Of a stretch of 64,000 bases of DNA, positions 40,088-53,532 are shown one piece after another. Source of the DNA: Octopus vulgaris (Eukaryota); NCBI GenBank assembly GCA_951406725.2, contig OX597826.1:79484001-79548000 (forward strand), in the 5' to 3' direction. The notes under the pieces are model-generated. The model was not told where the DNA came from. It saw only the letters and a program-made list of their open reading frames with translations, and did no database searches. The number at the start of each line of letters is the position of its first letter. Position 1 is the first letter of the stretch. The position numbers were made by a program, and so were the translations under genes.

Positions 40088-40486
40088 ATACTGGTTTCAA
40101 GTTTTGGCACCAGGCGAGGGGCATCTCGATTAAATCGACTCCACTTAACTACTGGCACTTACTTTATCGACCCGGAAAAGATGAAGGGCGAAGTCGACCT
40201 GGGCGCAATTTGAACTCAGAATGTAAAGACGTACGAAATGCCTCCAAGTATTTTGCCCGGTGTGCTAACGATTCTGCCAGCCAGCCGTCTTTCCTAATCT
40301 TACTATCGACTTCAGACGAGGCGGCGAGCTGGCAGAATCCTTAGCACGAGTACTAGCAGGTCAACTTGGCTCTTCATCTTTTCGGGGTCGATAAAATAAG
40401 TGCCAATCAAGCGCAGGGGTCGATGAGATCGATTTACCTCCTCTCCCGAAATTACTGGCCTTGTACCAAAATTCCAAACCAATATT
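40088..40486. mobile_element. Two S2 SINEs head-to-head (40088-40291 minus; 40318-40486 plus, internally deleted)
   Basis: GCTAACGATTCTGCCAGC followed about 30 bp later by GGCGGCGAGCTGGCAGAATCCTTAGC. Confidence 0.82.
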
Positions 40487-40768
40487 AAACGTAGAAGTGG
40501 ACATAATATAGAAAGGCCTTTACAATGTTAAGCAAAGTGTCCTTGTCAGTTCCGGACAACTACAAGACTTATTTGTTGAAGCCAAAGTGAGATCCATCCC
40601 GTGACTGCATCATTGGGCGATCTGGCCGTTGTTAAATGTGGTTAACTTTGTTGCGGTTAAAAGTTAACTTTGAAGAGGGTTTAACATAAGTAATGACGAA
40701 AACAGACGAAAATCCATTCGTTATTAAACTGGAGCAATATAAACACTTTAGGTACCGAAAAACAAGTA

Positions 40769-41001
40769 TTGGATTGGTGCATTATTGCGGCTATTTTCCA
40801 ACAAATTTTATTCAACAAAAACAATAAGATGTAACAAAAACATGTTTAAATGATTATTCCGGAGCATATTCACCATTTACTTCAATTATTGCTTCCCATT
40901 TGCTTGGTAGCAATTTAAAGATGTTTTTGTTAAATATTGTTATTGTGTTTGTTGAATAAAATTTGTTGAAAAAATGCCGCAATAATTATGCACCAAGCCA
41001 A
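40769..41001 (-). mobile_element. Mariner-derived MITE with long TIRs and TA target duplication
   Basis: TA|TTGGATTGGTGCA...TGCACCAAGCCAA|TA with about 85-bp imperfect TIRs; core encodes LPSKWEAIIEVNGEYAPE* (mariner C-terminus). Confidence 0.88.
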
Positions 41002-41192
41002 TACCTTTACGAAAAGCAACAACAATTTCGTGCAAGAAATTCTGTCCATGACAGAACGTGCCAGAATATCGACAGATTGAATGATTTGACCACTTCTTCA
41101 GTTGTGATTGTTTCGAGGGAAATCTAGCTTGATCATAAAGCTATCAATTCTTCACGCAAATATCGGCACCAAAGAGAGAAAATATGTAGGAA

Positions 41193-41286
41193 GATCTCGA
41201 AGCACATTAAGCTATAAATTATAGCATATAAATAATGGCTTGAAAATTTACATACTCTTATTTATAGCCATTTATGCTTCGAGATC
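41193..41286. repeat. Short inverted repeat; right arm recurs at ~41650-41693 inside a (GAGAATGA)n array
   Basis: GATCTCGAAGCA..GCTATAAAT / ATTTATAGC..TGCTTCGAGATC. Confidence 0.65.
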
Positions 41287-41309
41287 AACTGTTCCAGGAA
41301 GTTGTATAT

Positions 41310-41450
41310 ATACTTTTATCCTTTGCTTGTTTATGGGTCTTTTGCTGAACCGCTAAGTTACGGGGACGTAAGCATACCAACATCGGACGTCAAGCAGTGG
41401 TTGGGGACACAAACGAGGACACAAAGAAGCAAGCTTCTTACCACGCCTGC
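41310..41450 (-). mobile_element. Internally deleted SINE S1
   Basis: TTTGCTGAACCGCTAAGTTACGGGGACGTAA ... AAGCAAGCTTCTTACCAC. Confidence 0.75.
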
Positions 41451-42317
41451 ACACACACACACACGCACACACACACACACACGCACACACACACACATAC
41501 ACTCAAGTGTATGTAGATGTTTATTACTTGGGTTTGATAAGAAGCTACCGATCCAAGAGAGGAGAACTGAGCGAAGCCCTTTGATGCTGGTTTTGTGGAT
41601 TCTCACTGGGGTCCGCAAAGAGGAAAGGAAGATAGTGAGAATGAGAGAATGAAAATTTACATACTGTTATTTATAGCCTTTTATGCTTCGAGAGAATGAG
41701 AGAATGAGAGAATGGGAGAATGAGAGAATGAGAGAATGGAGAGTGCTACGGAATAGAGCAGATTTACTATCATAAGCTGCATCCATGATTCAAAGCAAAA
41801 TACATTAATCCATCGACATGCGTTCAGTTTGAGGAGAATATGGTTTTATGTTGTTGGATTACAGTTTGTAGAATATGTAAACGACGATGTAAACCAACAA
41901 TCAGATTAATTCAACTAATCTTTTTGAAACAAGCTGTATGTGACAAAGAATTTTAATGATATGAAATTCACATAACACCAACAGAACAGTTTGTGTGAAA
42001 GACTTGGATTACCTTCAGAAGCAGAATACATCGGAATGTATTGACGTCCATTGTCTGCACAACGTTTTACAAGATATTAATGCAGATTATGTGCTCAGAA
42101 CGTGAACGCCGTGAAGAAATGGGATTTATAAGCCGTAAGGCAGAATGTACTAATACGGATTAAAATAGTTAGGAAAAAAGATGGAGGAAATGATTTAATT
42201 TATCGCACGAGTTGCCTAGAAATTGGATAAGTCATTAATTCAAATAGCAGTTTCTAAAGCAATGAATTAAATGTCTTAATAAATGAGAGTAATTAGTCAT
42301 ATCCGTAATTGTACAAA

Positions 42318-42475
42318 TGCGTGGCTGTGCGATGAGAAGTTTGCTTCCCAACCATGTGATTCCGAGTTCAGTCCCGTTGCGTGGCACTTTGGGAAAGTGT
42401 CTTCTATTATAGTCTGGGACCGACCAAAGCCTTGTGAATGGATTTGGTAGAAGGAAACTAGAAGAAGCCCATCGT
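42318..42475 (+). mobile_element. SINE S1 5' half (3' half probably at 43935-44142)
   Basis: GCGTGGCTGTG..AGAAGTTTGCTTCCCAACCA...GAAGAAGCCCATCG. Confidence 0.85.
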
Positions 42476-42546
<71 letters not shown>

Positions 42547-42627
42547 CATACACACACACTCACACATACATACATACATATGTATATATATGTATGCATA
42601 TAATATATATATATATATATATACACA

Positions 42628-43014
42628 CAGGTGGTCGTCAACTTACGACCAATCGACCTTACGACGATTGGCACGCTAGCTTCCCGAGTAGTCCAGTTGA
42701 AATCTAATTGGCTTAATTTCTTAGAAATTAACCCGTCTACAGATGATGTCAGCTAACAAACGCTTCCCCTAGATTTGGTTATCGATCGCCACTGTTTTGG
42801 GTGATTATCCTGTCGCGGAGACATCGAGGCAACCTAGTATTTGTTTTCAAAATCGATTGCTTGAGACTCCGAAATTTTTGACTAACGTGAATATAATAGT
42901 ATAGTACAGAATCTTAAAACAAGGCTATGTAGGACTATAGGCCGACTAACAACCAAATCGACTTACGACCAGTCAGTCGGAACCAATTGTGGTCGTAAGC
43001 CGACGACGTATTTA
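42628..43014. mobile_element. Tigger/pogo-like non-autonomous DNA transposon
   Basis: Termini CAGGTGGTCGTCAACTTACGACC ... GGTCGTAAGCCGACGAC with subterminal ACTTACGAC repeats. Confidence 0.72.
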
Positions 43015-43112
43015 TGTATGTATGTATGTATGTATGTATGTATGTATGTATGCATGCATGCATGTATGTATGTATGTATGTATGTATGTATGTATGTATG
43101 TATGTATGTATG

Positions 43113-43144
<32 letters not shown>

Positions 43145-43148
<4 letters not shown>

Positions 43149-43333
43149 ATCCAAACATGAACAAAGACACAACACGATGAACAAGTATAGTGTTATTGGA
43201 CGCTCAGGAAAGAAAAGAAGAAGGAGGATTTAACGTTTCGAGCGGAGCTCTTCGTCAGAAACATAGAAAAAGGAAAGGTCCAAGGAAGGGAAGACGGAGA
43301 AAGAAAATCGCCAACGATGCACATGGGGTCACA
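43145..43333 (-). mobile_element. Family A element, copy A2, intact hammerhead 43228-43262
   Basis: Minus strand: GTTT-CTGACGA-A-GAGC-TCC-GCTC-GAAA-C-GTT-AAAT; flanked by (TA)n. Confidence 0.88.
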
Positions 43334-43934
43334 TATTGATATATATATATATAGTTGCTGACATGTTGAATTTATGCAGCTACCCACATAAACGTTCGAC
43401 ACAATTACGACATTTCCTCGTATAACACAAACGCACAAATTTAGTGGACAACAAAATGTTTGTGTATTTGCCGGCATTATCAGCCACATACCCGTTAAGT
43501 ATCTTTGGTTGATAATATTTATTACAATAGCGCTGCTTCGATTTCATATTTGAATTTCTTCTTACGGATGCATCCTCCGGGCCTACACACACACGGTTTG
43601 CTCGCTATGTGTATATAAGTCGAGGACTGGCGAAGTGAATCAACTCCGATCTTGTTAGGGTAAATTGAAATATTGACAAGCCATAAAAATGACAAAACAT
43701 CGATGCCCAACACTGGATGGGATTCGAGGTGAGTTACCTCGCTTGCCCATGACTTTCACGTGTTTTAACACACCCGGTACTTTGAGAGAGTATTCCCCAT
43801 CCTGCCAAATCACAGCCGACCGGCAAATGCACTCGACATGTTGTGCGTTAAATCTATGTGGTTGAAAGTGTTTATTATACTAATACTGCTTCTATTTCGT
43901 ATTTGAATACATATGTGTGTGTGTGTGTGTGTCT

Positions 43935-44142
43935 CTCACCACCGCTGGACAACCGTTGATGGTGTGTTTATGTTCCCATATGTGAGCAGTTCGGTAAAAG
44001 AGACTGATCGAATAAGTATCAGGCTTCAAAAAAAAAAATAAAAAAAGATAAGAACTAAAGTCGATTCATTTGACTAAAAATTCTTCAATGCAGTGCTCCA
44101 GTATGGCCGCAGTCAAATGACTGAAACGAGTAAAAGATAAAA
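43935..44142 (+). mobile_element. SINE S1 3' half
   Basis: GACAACCGTTGATGGTGTGTTTA...GTGCTCCAGTATGGCCGCAGTCAAATGACTGAAAC. Confidence 0.85.
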
Positions 44143-44410
44143 GGTCAAATGTGTCTGCATTTTTAGTTGTAAAGTGAGAATCGGTTAAATATTTAAGATA
44201 AGTGAATGAGGAGGGTACGTATGGCCGAGTGGATAGAATAGAAAACAACCAGGCAAGATGGCGGTTTTCGTGACGCTTGATGCTGCGTTAGAAAACAGCA
44301 ATCACAAAACAAAAGCAGCTCGTAACTCCATAGACGGGTATTACAACCACTTTTACGAAAGGTGCATCGAGTTACAAAACCGAATTCAGTACCCGCTATA
44401 AGAAACATTA

Positions 44411-44793
44411 TCTCTCTCTATATAAACGGCAGTTTGTCTGTGCGTTTTCTGTGTGTCTGTTTTCTCGTACCCTCACTCTGACCACGGCTTTCAACCGATT
44501 CTGATGAAACTTGACACACACATAGCCCAATGTCATAATTCAAAACTAACGCAGCGAAAATTTTGAAAAGTTCCCCCAGTTCTGAAAAAAATCGATAAAT
44601 TCGACATGGGGTCGAGAATCAGAAACCCAAACCACAGACCGTCTCGGGGACGCAACTCCACCTTTTTTAACTCTCAAAAAAATTTACCATCATTTTTTTT
44701 CCATTTATTTACTATTTTTTGGCTATAACTCTCTAAAAATGCTTTATAGTTATTTCCCTTACAAACCTGAGCAACGCCGGGCGATACTGCTAG
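44411..44793 (+). mobile_element. Non-autonomous Helitron
   Basis: A|TCTCTCTCTATATAAA start; subterminal hairpin CCTGAGCAACGCCGGG; terminal CTAG|T; no TSD. Confidence 0.85.
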
Positions 44794-45256
44794 TCCTCCG
44801 ATAAATTCGTATCTTATCTCGGGGTATATTTGTCTCTCATTTGCTGAACGCTATATAACTGGAGATAATACTGGGTGTATAAACTATTGCAATTCAGAGG
44901 TGGTGATTTGCTTCAAGAGCGCGTTTACAATCTTCTATACCCACAGGACATGTCAAAGTAAGCACAAGTTAAAATTACTTACTTATGCAATGATGAGCTG
45001 TGCCAAGCTTCTACTTAATTACTAAGCTGTGGATTGAAATAATTCCTATTCAAGGGAGATGAAATTGTACGAGACAAAATACTGCGATCGAGAGAATTGA
45101 GGAAAAACGCTTAAAGGATTTGGCTCAGCATGTCTGCCATCCAATGATTGAAACCGGTAAAAGAACAAAGGAAATGAAAGATGAAAGAGTAGAAAACTTT
45201 ATGGCCCTAATGTTCTACAGAATTAATTTTGGATGGAGTGAGTGTGTATATTTGTC

Positions 45257-45323
<67 letters not shown>

Positions 45324-45360
45324 TATACATACATATATATATATACATATATATATATAC

Positions 45361-45405
<45 letters not shown>

Positions 45406-45495
45406 AGAAATATGTCACGAAAAGAAATAGAAATCACCGGTGGAAATGTAAGGGGAAAGAAAAATAATCTCCCGGTATCTCGGGGTATATTTTTT

Positions 45496-45585
<90 letters not shown>

Positions 45586-45703
45586 TGGACCGCTGAATCT
45601 ACAAGTTTTTTTTCATTTTTCCGAGTGCTAAACTAATACAGTTGCTTGTTGTTCATACAACTGTCTTCGTCTTTTGAGTTTCTATAAATTTCAACTTTGT
45701 GTA

Positions 45704-45750
45704 TGTGCTGAAGAAGCTAAGGTCTTTACCAATGCAGAAATCGATCCACG
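45704..45750 (+). ncRNA. Minimal hammerhead ribozyme motif (family H)
   Basis: TGTG-CTGAAGA-AGC-TAA-GGT-CTTT-ACC-AAT-GCA-GAAA-TCG-ATC-CACG; palindromic ATCGAT stem III, 4-bp stem I. Confidence 0.65.
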
Positions 45751-46520
45751 TGAGTCCTAATACTTAAATGTATGTTAGTAGATTATCCTAACCTGATTTT
45801 GCCTTCGTTCGATTTCTGTAGTTTTTCACCGTTGTATTTTTCGGCGATTTAATAATAAGAGTTTTGACTGTTATTTCAAGCAAGTTGACATACCTAGTAT
45901 GTGCTTTGATTAATTTTAATCCCTCGGCTATTTAATGCTATTTTTTGGCCTGCTATCGCCTGTGTCATTGATTCTGTTATTATCATTTTTTAAAATTGTT
46001 ACATTGGATAATAATAGAATTAATGACACCTTCGTAAATTAATTATATATGTAGATATAGATATACATACATACATGCACACACACCATATATATAAATG
46101 TATGTGTGCGTAATGTATGCACGCTTGTATGTATGTAGATATGTATCACTGTATGTATACATGCGACTATTCATGTGTATGTGTACGTTCTCTTCTGTTT
46201 TTAATTATTTGAATCCTTTCTCTGTTGGAGGAACTGGTTTCTAACAAAGGCATAGAGCTTCCTCGGAATGCAGATAATGAACAATAAATGTATTTTAGAC
46301 TTGAGAAAAGTCTTGCACATTTTTACTGTTCCCCTTACTGATGGTGTTTGTAATGTGCGAATCAGTTGGTTGATTTCTTTTTCTGAAAATCCAAGCTTAT
46401 CCAGTGTCAGTTAAGCATTTACTGACAAAACCATGTGCACCAATTGGTAGTAAAGTAAATTTATACCAAGAAGCTAGATGCTTCGAAGTAGTTGTATGTA
46501 TGTATGTATGTATGTATGTA

Positions 46521-46581
<61 letters not shown>

Positions 46582-49117
46582 ATGTATGTATGTATGTATG
46601 CATGCATGTATGTATGTATGTAAGTACGTACGTACGTATGCATGTATGTATGTATGTATGTATGTATGTATTCATGTATGTATTGCATGTTTATGTGAAA
46701 TATATTAATCCCAGTTGAACGATTCTTGACCAGATGTTTCCTCCAGATATTTTGTAAAGGAAATACATGACAGAGAATTGCTAATTATTAGAAGGATGTA
46801 ATATGAAAGAAATGAACTAAAACAAACATTAGACTTTGACAGTTAATTCTAAGACAAAGATCAAGGATGAAGATTATCGGAAGCTTCCATAATAATTAGA
46901 GCGAGATTTGGAGGGAATAAACAAACAAAGAATATGCGAAGAGAAATATTCATTGAAAAGAAGAGATTGGTGCGAGAATGCAATTGATATATGAAAGAAA
47001 GAACTCTAAAAAAACCAGAAAAAGTGAAGGGGAATATTTGAAAACTAAAAGCGTGCGAGAAAGTATGCGGTAGCGTGTGAGATCGGCAGGTTAGGGAGTG
47101 ATATGAAGATGTATAACTCCACACACACACACGATTTTAGGAGGGTGATTGGGACGACGTGGACGAGGAATGTGCGATCCAGAGAGGAGTGGACAGCGTG
47201 CTGTGACCAGCGGTGTCAAATGGACGCCCGACGGACTGGTCGGTCAAGGTGATCAAGGTGATGAAGATGTGTGGCGTTTAGTGTCTGTGTTTGAGGACAT
47301 CTGCGTGTCTATGAGTTGTTGAAGAAAAGCAATACATATATACACACATATATATATTCTCTTTATCTTCGCCTCACACACACACACACACACACATACA
47401 CACACACGTATACATATATATATATATATCTGGCAAGAGAAAGTGAGGCGAAGATAGGGAGATAGATAGAAAGAGAGAGCGAGAGACAGAGATAGAGAAA
47501 AAGAAGGTAAATTTGACAGGGAAAGCAAGGGTTGAAAAAAATAGACCACGGAGAAAATGTTGCTACAAAAAATTATATAAAGAGAAAGTTATTTCAGCAA
47601 GTAAGGAACTTCATATTAATCTGTGGAGGAAATGCATCAATCTTTTATAATATTCGTATCTTTTATAAAGAAATTACTGGCGTTAGTGAAATGAAATCGT
47701 TTGAAACTACGGCTCAAACTGAGCGCTGCGTTCATCTCGCGGACAACCTGTATCTTATATTTCGGTGTTTGTCATTATTTGTAATTACTTCTCTTTAATT
47801 CAGATATTTATAATAGGATATGATATATCCACGAAGACCTGCAACAGAAGCCGGACCGTTTGGTCTTCCTGTTGATGTGAAATATCGCTTTTCACCTGAA
47901 TCTTAATGAGAAGTATAGAAGGATATCTATTTAGGCGATTAAATTATCGACAGGAGTAGAGTATGCGCTCTTATTTCAACAATCGCCATCTAGTGAAGCA
48001 GGAATTTCGATTTTACAAGACAGGATATTAAACTTAAAACATTGTAGAATGACATCTAAAATCCCAATGAGGTTTGCTATGCCAATATTCCGTCTCAGAT
48101 ATCTACAATACCATTAAAATTTCAAATGTTCATTCTTAATTTTGTAACAAAGCCAGATATTTTGGAGGTGGGCGGAGTTAGTTATAGTAGTGTTAGTATG
48201 TTTTTAATGCATTCGTTTTCAGACAGTCGGTTCACTAACCGCGTAAGTTCAAATGCGCGACTCATTTTATCGACAACAGAAACAAAGTCGTCAAAGGCGC
48301 GATTTGAATGTTCGATAATCTACAGACTTTGCCACTCACATCCCGAACATAAAGAAATATATTGTTTGAATACAATATTACAGCATGGCGTAAATCATGG
48401 GGACAGATCGGCATCATAAGTATCATCATCAACACTAAGAACACAACAACAACAACAACAACAATAGTTCAAAGGCCCTTCCGTATGACACTCGTTCAAA
48501 TTTTGCAGTGGACATGAAATTTAATAAAAGCGTGTTAAATACAATGGCTTTTGATCTAAGTTTTGTTACACATAAATGAAGATATATCGGCAGAAATAAG
48601 GAACGTTTAAAACTAGTTTAATTATTTACTCGTAAGTGCTACCACTGCGAAATTAGAATAACAACGCACACACACACACACACACAATACACACACGATA
48701 CACATTTAGGAACAGATATAGATATATAGATACATACGTACATACAAACATACACCCACACACACATAAATATATATAAATATATATGTATATAGACTTG
48801 TGTGTGTAGCTGTGTCTGTGAGTGCGCAGATGTGTCATTTTAGAGAAACTTGGTGTTAGAATTCAATTATCCATATACATAGATAATTTAATTTCATAGA
48901 CTCAATATGAGAGAACAGATGTGTGAACGCACATACATACATACGTTCGCACATACATACATACATACATACATACATACATACATACATACATACATAC
49001 ATACATACATACATACACACATACATACGTACATACATACGTACATACATACATACATACATACACACATACATACATACATGCATACATACATACATAC
49101 ATACACACATACATACA

Positions 49118-49163
<46 letters not shown>

Positions 49164-50179
49164 CACAAACTGGTCTGTACATCTATATGAGAGTAATTAG
49201 GCAATTAGAGTATCTAATTCATATGACTGTAAAATCTGTGGTTAAGATGCGTGAAATTAAGTTTCAGAATATATATAATCTTCGTCGGATTAACCTCATG
49301 CTATTAGTTAAAGCGGAAATTTGGCCAAATTAACTGTATAGAAATGTACATATAACAATTAACTAATAATAAAGCATTGATTCTCGTGTGATAATGCAGG
49401 AGGTGTCTATTGTTATATGTGACAACACTGTATCCGAACGATGGAACTCTTCGTAATTAAATGTGTAAAGCATACATACACGCATTCATCTACGTATTTA
49501 TCTGTCGGTGTATCAATTTCTTGTGAGGTACACATTACAATAGGAATCATCCTGGATATCACAGTTAAGCTAAACTCGAAATCGTATCAGACCTTTAAGA
49601 AATAAAAGAAAATGATGTTGGTTGGGTTGGTATGCATGTGAAGCAGCGTATGAATGATATAACAACACCATGCAAACATTTAATGGTAACTTTTATTTCA
49701 CTGCACAAGTAATAATGAGGTTGGTCATGAATTCTAAAGTTCTACGACAGGGCGCCATAACTGAAAGAATAATTCAAAAGTGCTCATAAATAGTTTGATT
49801 AGAAAAGCTTTGTATTGAAGTTTATCAAGAAAAGAGAAAATATATTCAGTGGATTCATATCGGTCAACTATATCGACATGTCCAAGTTGAGCAGGAGTCA
49901 TTAAAACGACTATTATAAACGGAAGGAGTGTGTGTGGAGCTGGATCGCCGGTTAATATGCACTGAAGGTTGGTGCGAAAAACAAGCCTTTATATAACCCT
50001 TGTAGTGGGACGTTCCAGAAGAATTTAGAAGAACCAATCACGTGAAGTCTGGCTGCTGATTGTCAGTAAGTCTCACGTGAACATAGTTGTGCTATGTCCT
50101 ACCTCAAACATAGCAATCTGTCAACTCGGTTTCGAGTCTTGATGCAGACTCATTTTCTTTTTTTGCACCCAATATCATC

Positions 50180-50480
50180 ATGTTAGTTCGTTGAAGCGAG
50201 GAACACGATCAGATCATCGTTACGGTTGACTGATGGTTTGTGCGGTGTCTTTGTTACAAGTGAACAAGTGTTGCGCATCCCCAACCTCATTCTCTCTCCC
50301 GTAACTATTTTCAATCCACTGGTAAGACGACTGCAGATGGAGATGGATGCAGTGGACGGCTGAGGTGTCTTAAGTTTACCTCATCTTGCTCTCTCTGCGC
50401 TTCACAATGCGTTGCTATGGCCACCTCATCCACCGCTGACATTCGGAGGTTTCTTCCGTAGAGTCCATAGGATTCACTCT
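50180..50480 (-). pseudogene. Possible decayed non-LTR retrotransposon 3' end
   Basis: GC-richer island; minus-strand DAQHLFTC resembles the C-terminal zinc-knuckle region of LINE ORF2. Weak evidence. Confidence 0.3.
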
Positions 50481-51214
50481 TAACCATGTGGCCAGTATGA
50501 CTGACAATATACTCAATCCGACAAACAACTGAACGTCAACAGCACATGACAAGATGGTTTCACAAGACATCATTAAGGATCTATCCTGTAACTAATAGTA
50601 AAACAGAAAAAAATGTTCTCACTAACACCATCAACTAACCGCATCAAATATACTATGAAATGTTATATGGTTTAACTCATCGTATAAAGTTATCATAAAA
50701 ACCAGTCTTGCAAAGAAACTTCCTGCTCTCTAATCGGAAAACGTAAATCTAAATTTCACAAACTGTTCAAATCTTTATTAATATGATCTACAGATGCAAG
50801 GAAAATATGTTTAATGCCGTGAAGCGCGAGAATAAAAAAAAATTGAAATCAAACGTGGAAGAGGAGATAACATGTCATACATAGATGGTTCCTCTCAGAT
50901 GTATGTCTGATGGCAACCGATTATCTATGTCGCTTACATCACTAACAACCCTCCGATTAGATTCATACCAGTGATCAAGGATATATAATGGCTCTTTATG
51001 ACCCCTTTCAAATAAATTGATCTGTATACGAATCCTTACAATTCCAAAAGGAAGTTCTGTTTATTACTTTCATGGCATTATAACAAATTATAATCAATAT
51101 CTATTTATATACATATATATATATATATGTATGCGTGTGTGTGTGTGTGTGTGTACATGTGTGCGCGTATGTGCACATAAACATCCCCACCCCCACACAC
51201 AAACACACACAGGT

Positions 51215-51362
51215 AAATTGTTCCCAACCTGGTGATCGGCAAACATAGTACTGGGGGTCCGTGAACATGTTAACCTGACAGGCCTTTCAATAACCTGGGT
51301 TCCGAGAAAAAACTTATTTAAATAAAAGGGGTCTTCGGCAGTGAAAAGATGGGGAACCACTG
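51215..51362. mobile_element. hAT (Charlie-like) MITE
   Basis: Degenerate left end AAATTGTTCCCAACC, right end GGGGAACCACTG, internal GGGGTCCGTG motifs. Confidence 0.65.
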
Positions 51363-51551
51363 CATTAGGCACTTCTTTGCCTCTCTTTCATCCGTTCAAT
51401 TGTCTGTATTTGTCCAGTGCGGTCAAAGGGAAAATCGCTTCGTACTGCAGCAATAAGGAACATAAAGGGACGTAACTAAAACACTTCATCCGGTATTCTG
51501 CCAATCCACTTCATTTGATATAAGGATACGACCATGATTTTATACTCACAC

Positions 51552-51611
<60 letters not shown>

Positions 51612-51724
51612 AATTAAATAAAGGTAGAAATTGAAATTAATCAATTAAAATTGTTTTAAATAATAACATGTGTGTGTGTGTGTGTACATATGCATGCGCA
51701 TGTGTGTGTGTGTGTGATTCCTTT

Positions 51725-51865
51725 AATGTTCAGTTAAATATAAACAACTTTACATGAATGGGTTACTCTATACTTTTGTAGAGTACAAATTTATTATTCT
51801 TATGCAAGAACTTCATTGACAGTAACTTCGAGGTTTCGGCCTGCTAACCCATCTTCGGACATGTA
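51725..51865 (-). mobile_element. Family E element, copy E2, hammerhead-like motif 51819-51864
   Basis: Minus strand: ACATGT-CCGAAGA-TGGGTTAGCAGGCC-GAAA-CCTCGAAG-TT-ACTGT. Confidence 0.65.
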
Positions 51866-51927
51866 TGTATGTGTATATATGTATGTATATATATATATAT
51901 AAATATATATATATATATCTATATATA

Positions 51928-51969
<42 letters not shown>

Positions 51970-51970
<1 letters not shown>

Positions 51971-52200
51971 TAATGGTGTTTTTATATAAGCTTAAAGTTT
52001 ATGGCGATCACCGTGCAATGGTTAAAGAAAATAGTCTAATAATGGGACATAGGGGCATGTAAACCCCTTTATTAGACTATTTTCCTTAGTCATTGCACGG
52101 TGATCGCCATAAATTTTAAGCTCATATGAAACACCATTATCATTATTTACAGATTGTAAAAACGGCGTCATACACAAAGAAAACCATTCGCCATGAAAGC
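51970..52200. mobile_element. Inverted-repeat element (arms ~51970-52042 and ~52069-52140, right side extended) between (TA)n tracts
   Basis: ATAATGGTGTTT...TGGCGATCACCGTGCAATG...ATAGTCTAATAA is mirrored as TTATTAGACTAT...CATTGCACGGTGATCGCCA...AAACACCATTAT. Confidence 0.75.
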
Positions 52201-52213
52201 ATACATACATACT

Positions 52214-52270
<57 letters not shown>

Positions 52271-52273
<3 letters not shown>

Positions 52274-52429
52274 AGTGGCTGTGTGGTAAGTAGCTTGCTT
52301 ACCAACCACATGGTTCCGGGTTCAGTCCCACTGCGTGGCATCTTGGGCAAGTGTCTTCTGCTATAGCCTCGGGTCGACCAATGCCTTGTGAGTGGATTTG
52401 GTAGACGGAAACTGAAAGAAGCCTGTTGT

Positions 52430-52483
<54 letters not shown>

Positions 52484-52695
52484 GTATGTGAGTCTGTGTT
52501 TGTCCCCCTAGCATTGCTTGACAACTGATGCTGGTGTGTTTACGTCCCCGTCACTTAGCGGTTCGGCAAAAGAGACCGATAGAATATGTACTGGGCTTAC
52601 AAAGAATAAGTGCCGGGGTCGATTTGTTCGACTAAAGGCGGTGCTCCAGCATGGCCGCAGTCAAATGACTGAAACAAGTAAAAGAATAAAAGAGT
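52271..52695 (+). mobile_element. SINE S1, full length, low divergence
   Basis: A-box-like TGGCTGTGTGG, B-box-like GGTTCAGTCCC, CORE-like CTTGGGCAAGTGTCTT, internal (TA)n, tail AAAAGAATAAAAGAG. Confidence 0.95.
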
Positions 52696-53461
52696 ATATA
52701 TATATATATATTTGTATAAAAATGCATGTATGTATATGCATGCATAGAGATTAGGAGGTTGTCTGAATGACTCAACCTACTTGACGTCAGCTATGGTAAT
52801 ACCTAAGGTGAAACTTTTATCAATTAGTTCTGATCGCAGCTGATTGAATAAATTACACCCATACACACTCACACATTGACACACATACACACACATATGC
52901 CCAGGCCCTCTTTAAAATGACATTTGACTCTATATTCACTATTGTGTCCCATCATAAATATTCAGTTGCTATAGATTTGTTTAATAAAATAATTACCAGA
53001 ATTTGACACGCATATATACGCATGCGCACACGCTTGGTAATGCGCTAATGTATCTCTTACATATATTCATAGGACTCTGCATGCGGTAAGTTCTCGATTA
53101 GTTGTGGGTGTTTGTTAAGCTAGTTAGTCTTAGACTTCTTCAATCCCATTTGTTTTTTGGTGTGTTTATTGTAATAAGACAGGAATAGTCATAAATGTCA
53201 TCATTGATAATCGAACATTTACTACAAAAAGCTAGCATGATATTTGCTTCAGTGTTTTTCTCTCCCGCTTTTGTTTTTCACGTGAATAATTTCGCTCGAA
53301 TTTGACACTTGAAGATATATAGAACTGAGGCAAAAATATTACGTATGGAAAGACAAGCTAAACATTATAAAACAAACGGCAACTGTTATTTTCATAATTT
53401 ATTTTTCCTCAGGTTCGCAGAGAGGAATATCAAAAAAATTAGTTATGCTTTACAAAATATT

Positions 53462-53525
<64 letters not shown>

Positions 53526-53532
53526 GTTTTTT

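Noticed and set aside
41637-41740. (GAGAATGA)n array with an intervening unique segment, CRISPR-like at a glance
   Set aside because: Simple 8-bp tandem repeat in eukaryotic DNA; no regular spacers and no cas genes.
44495-44520. CTGATGAAAC as a hammerhead core
   Set aside because: No stem II, III or I; part of the CCGATT..GATGAAA motif inside the Helitron.
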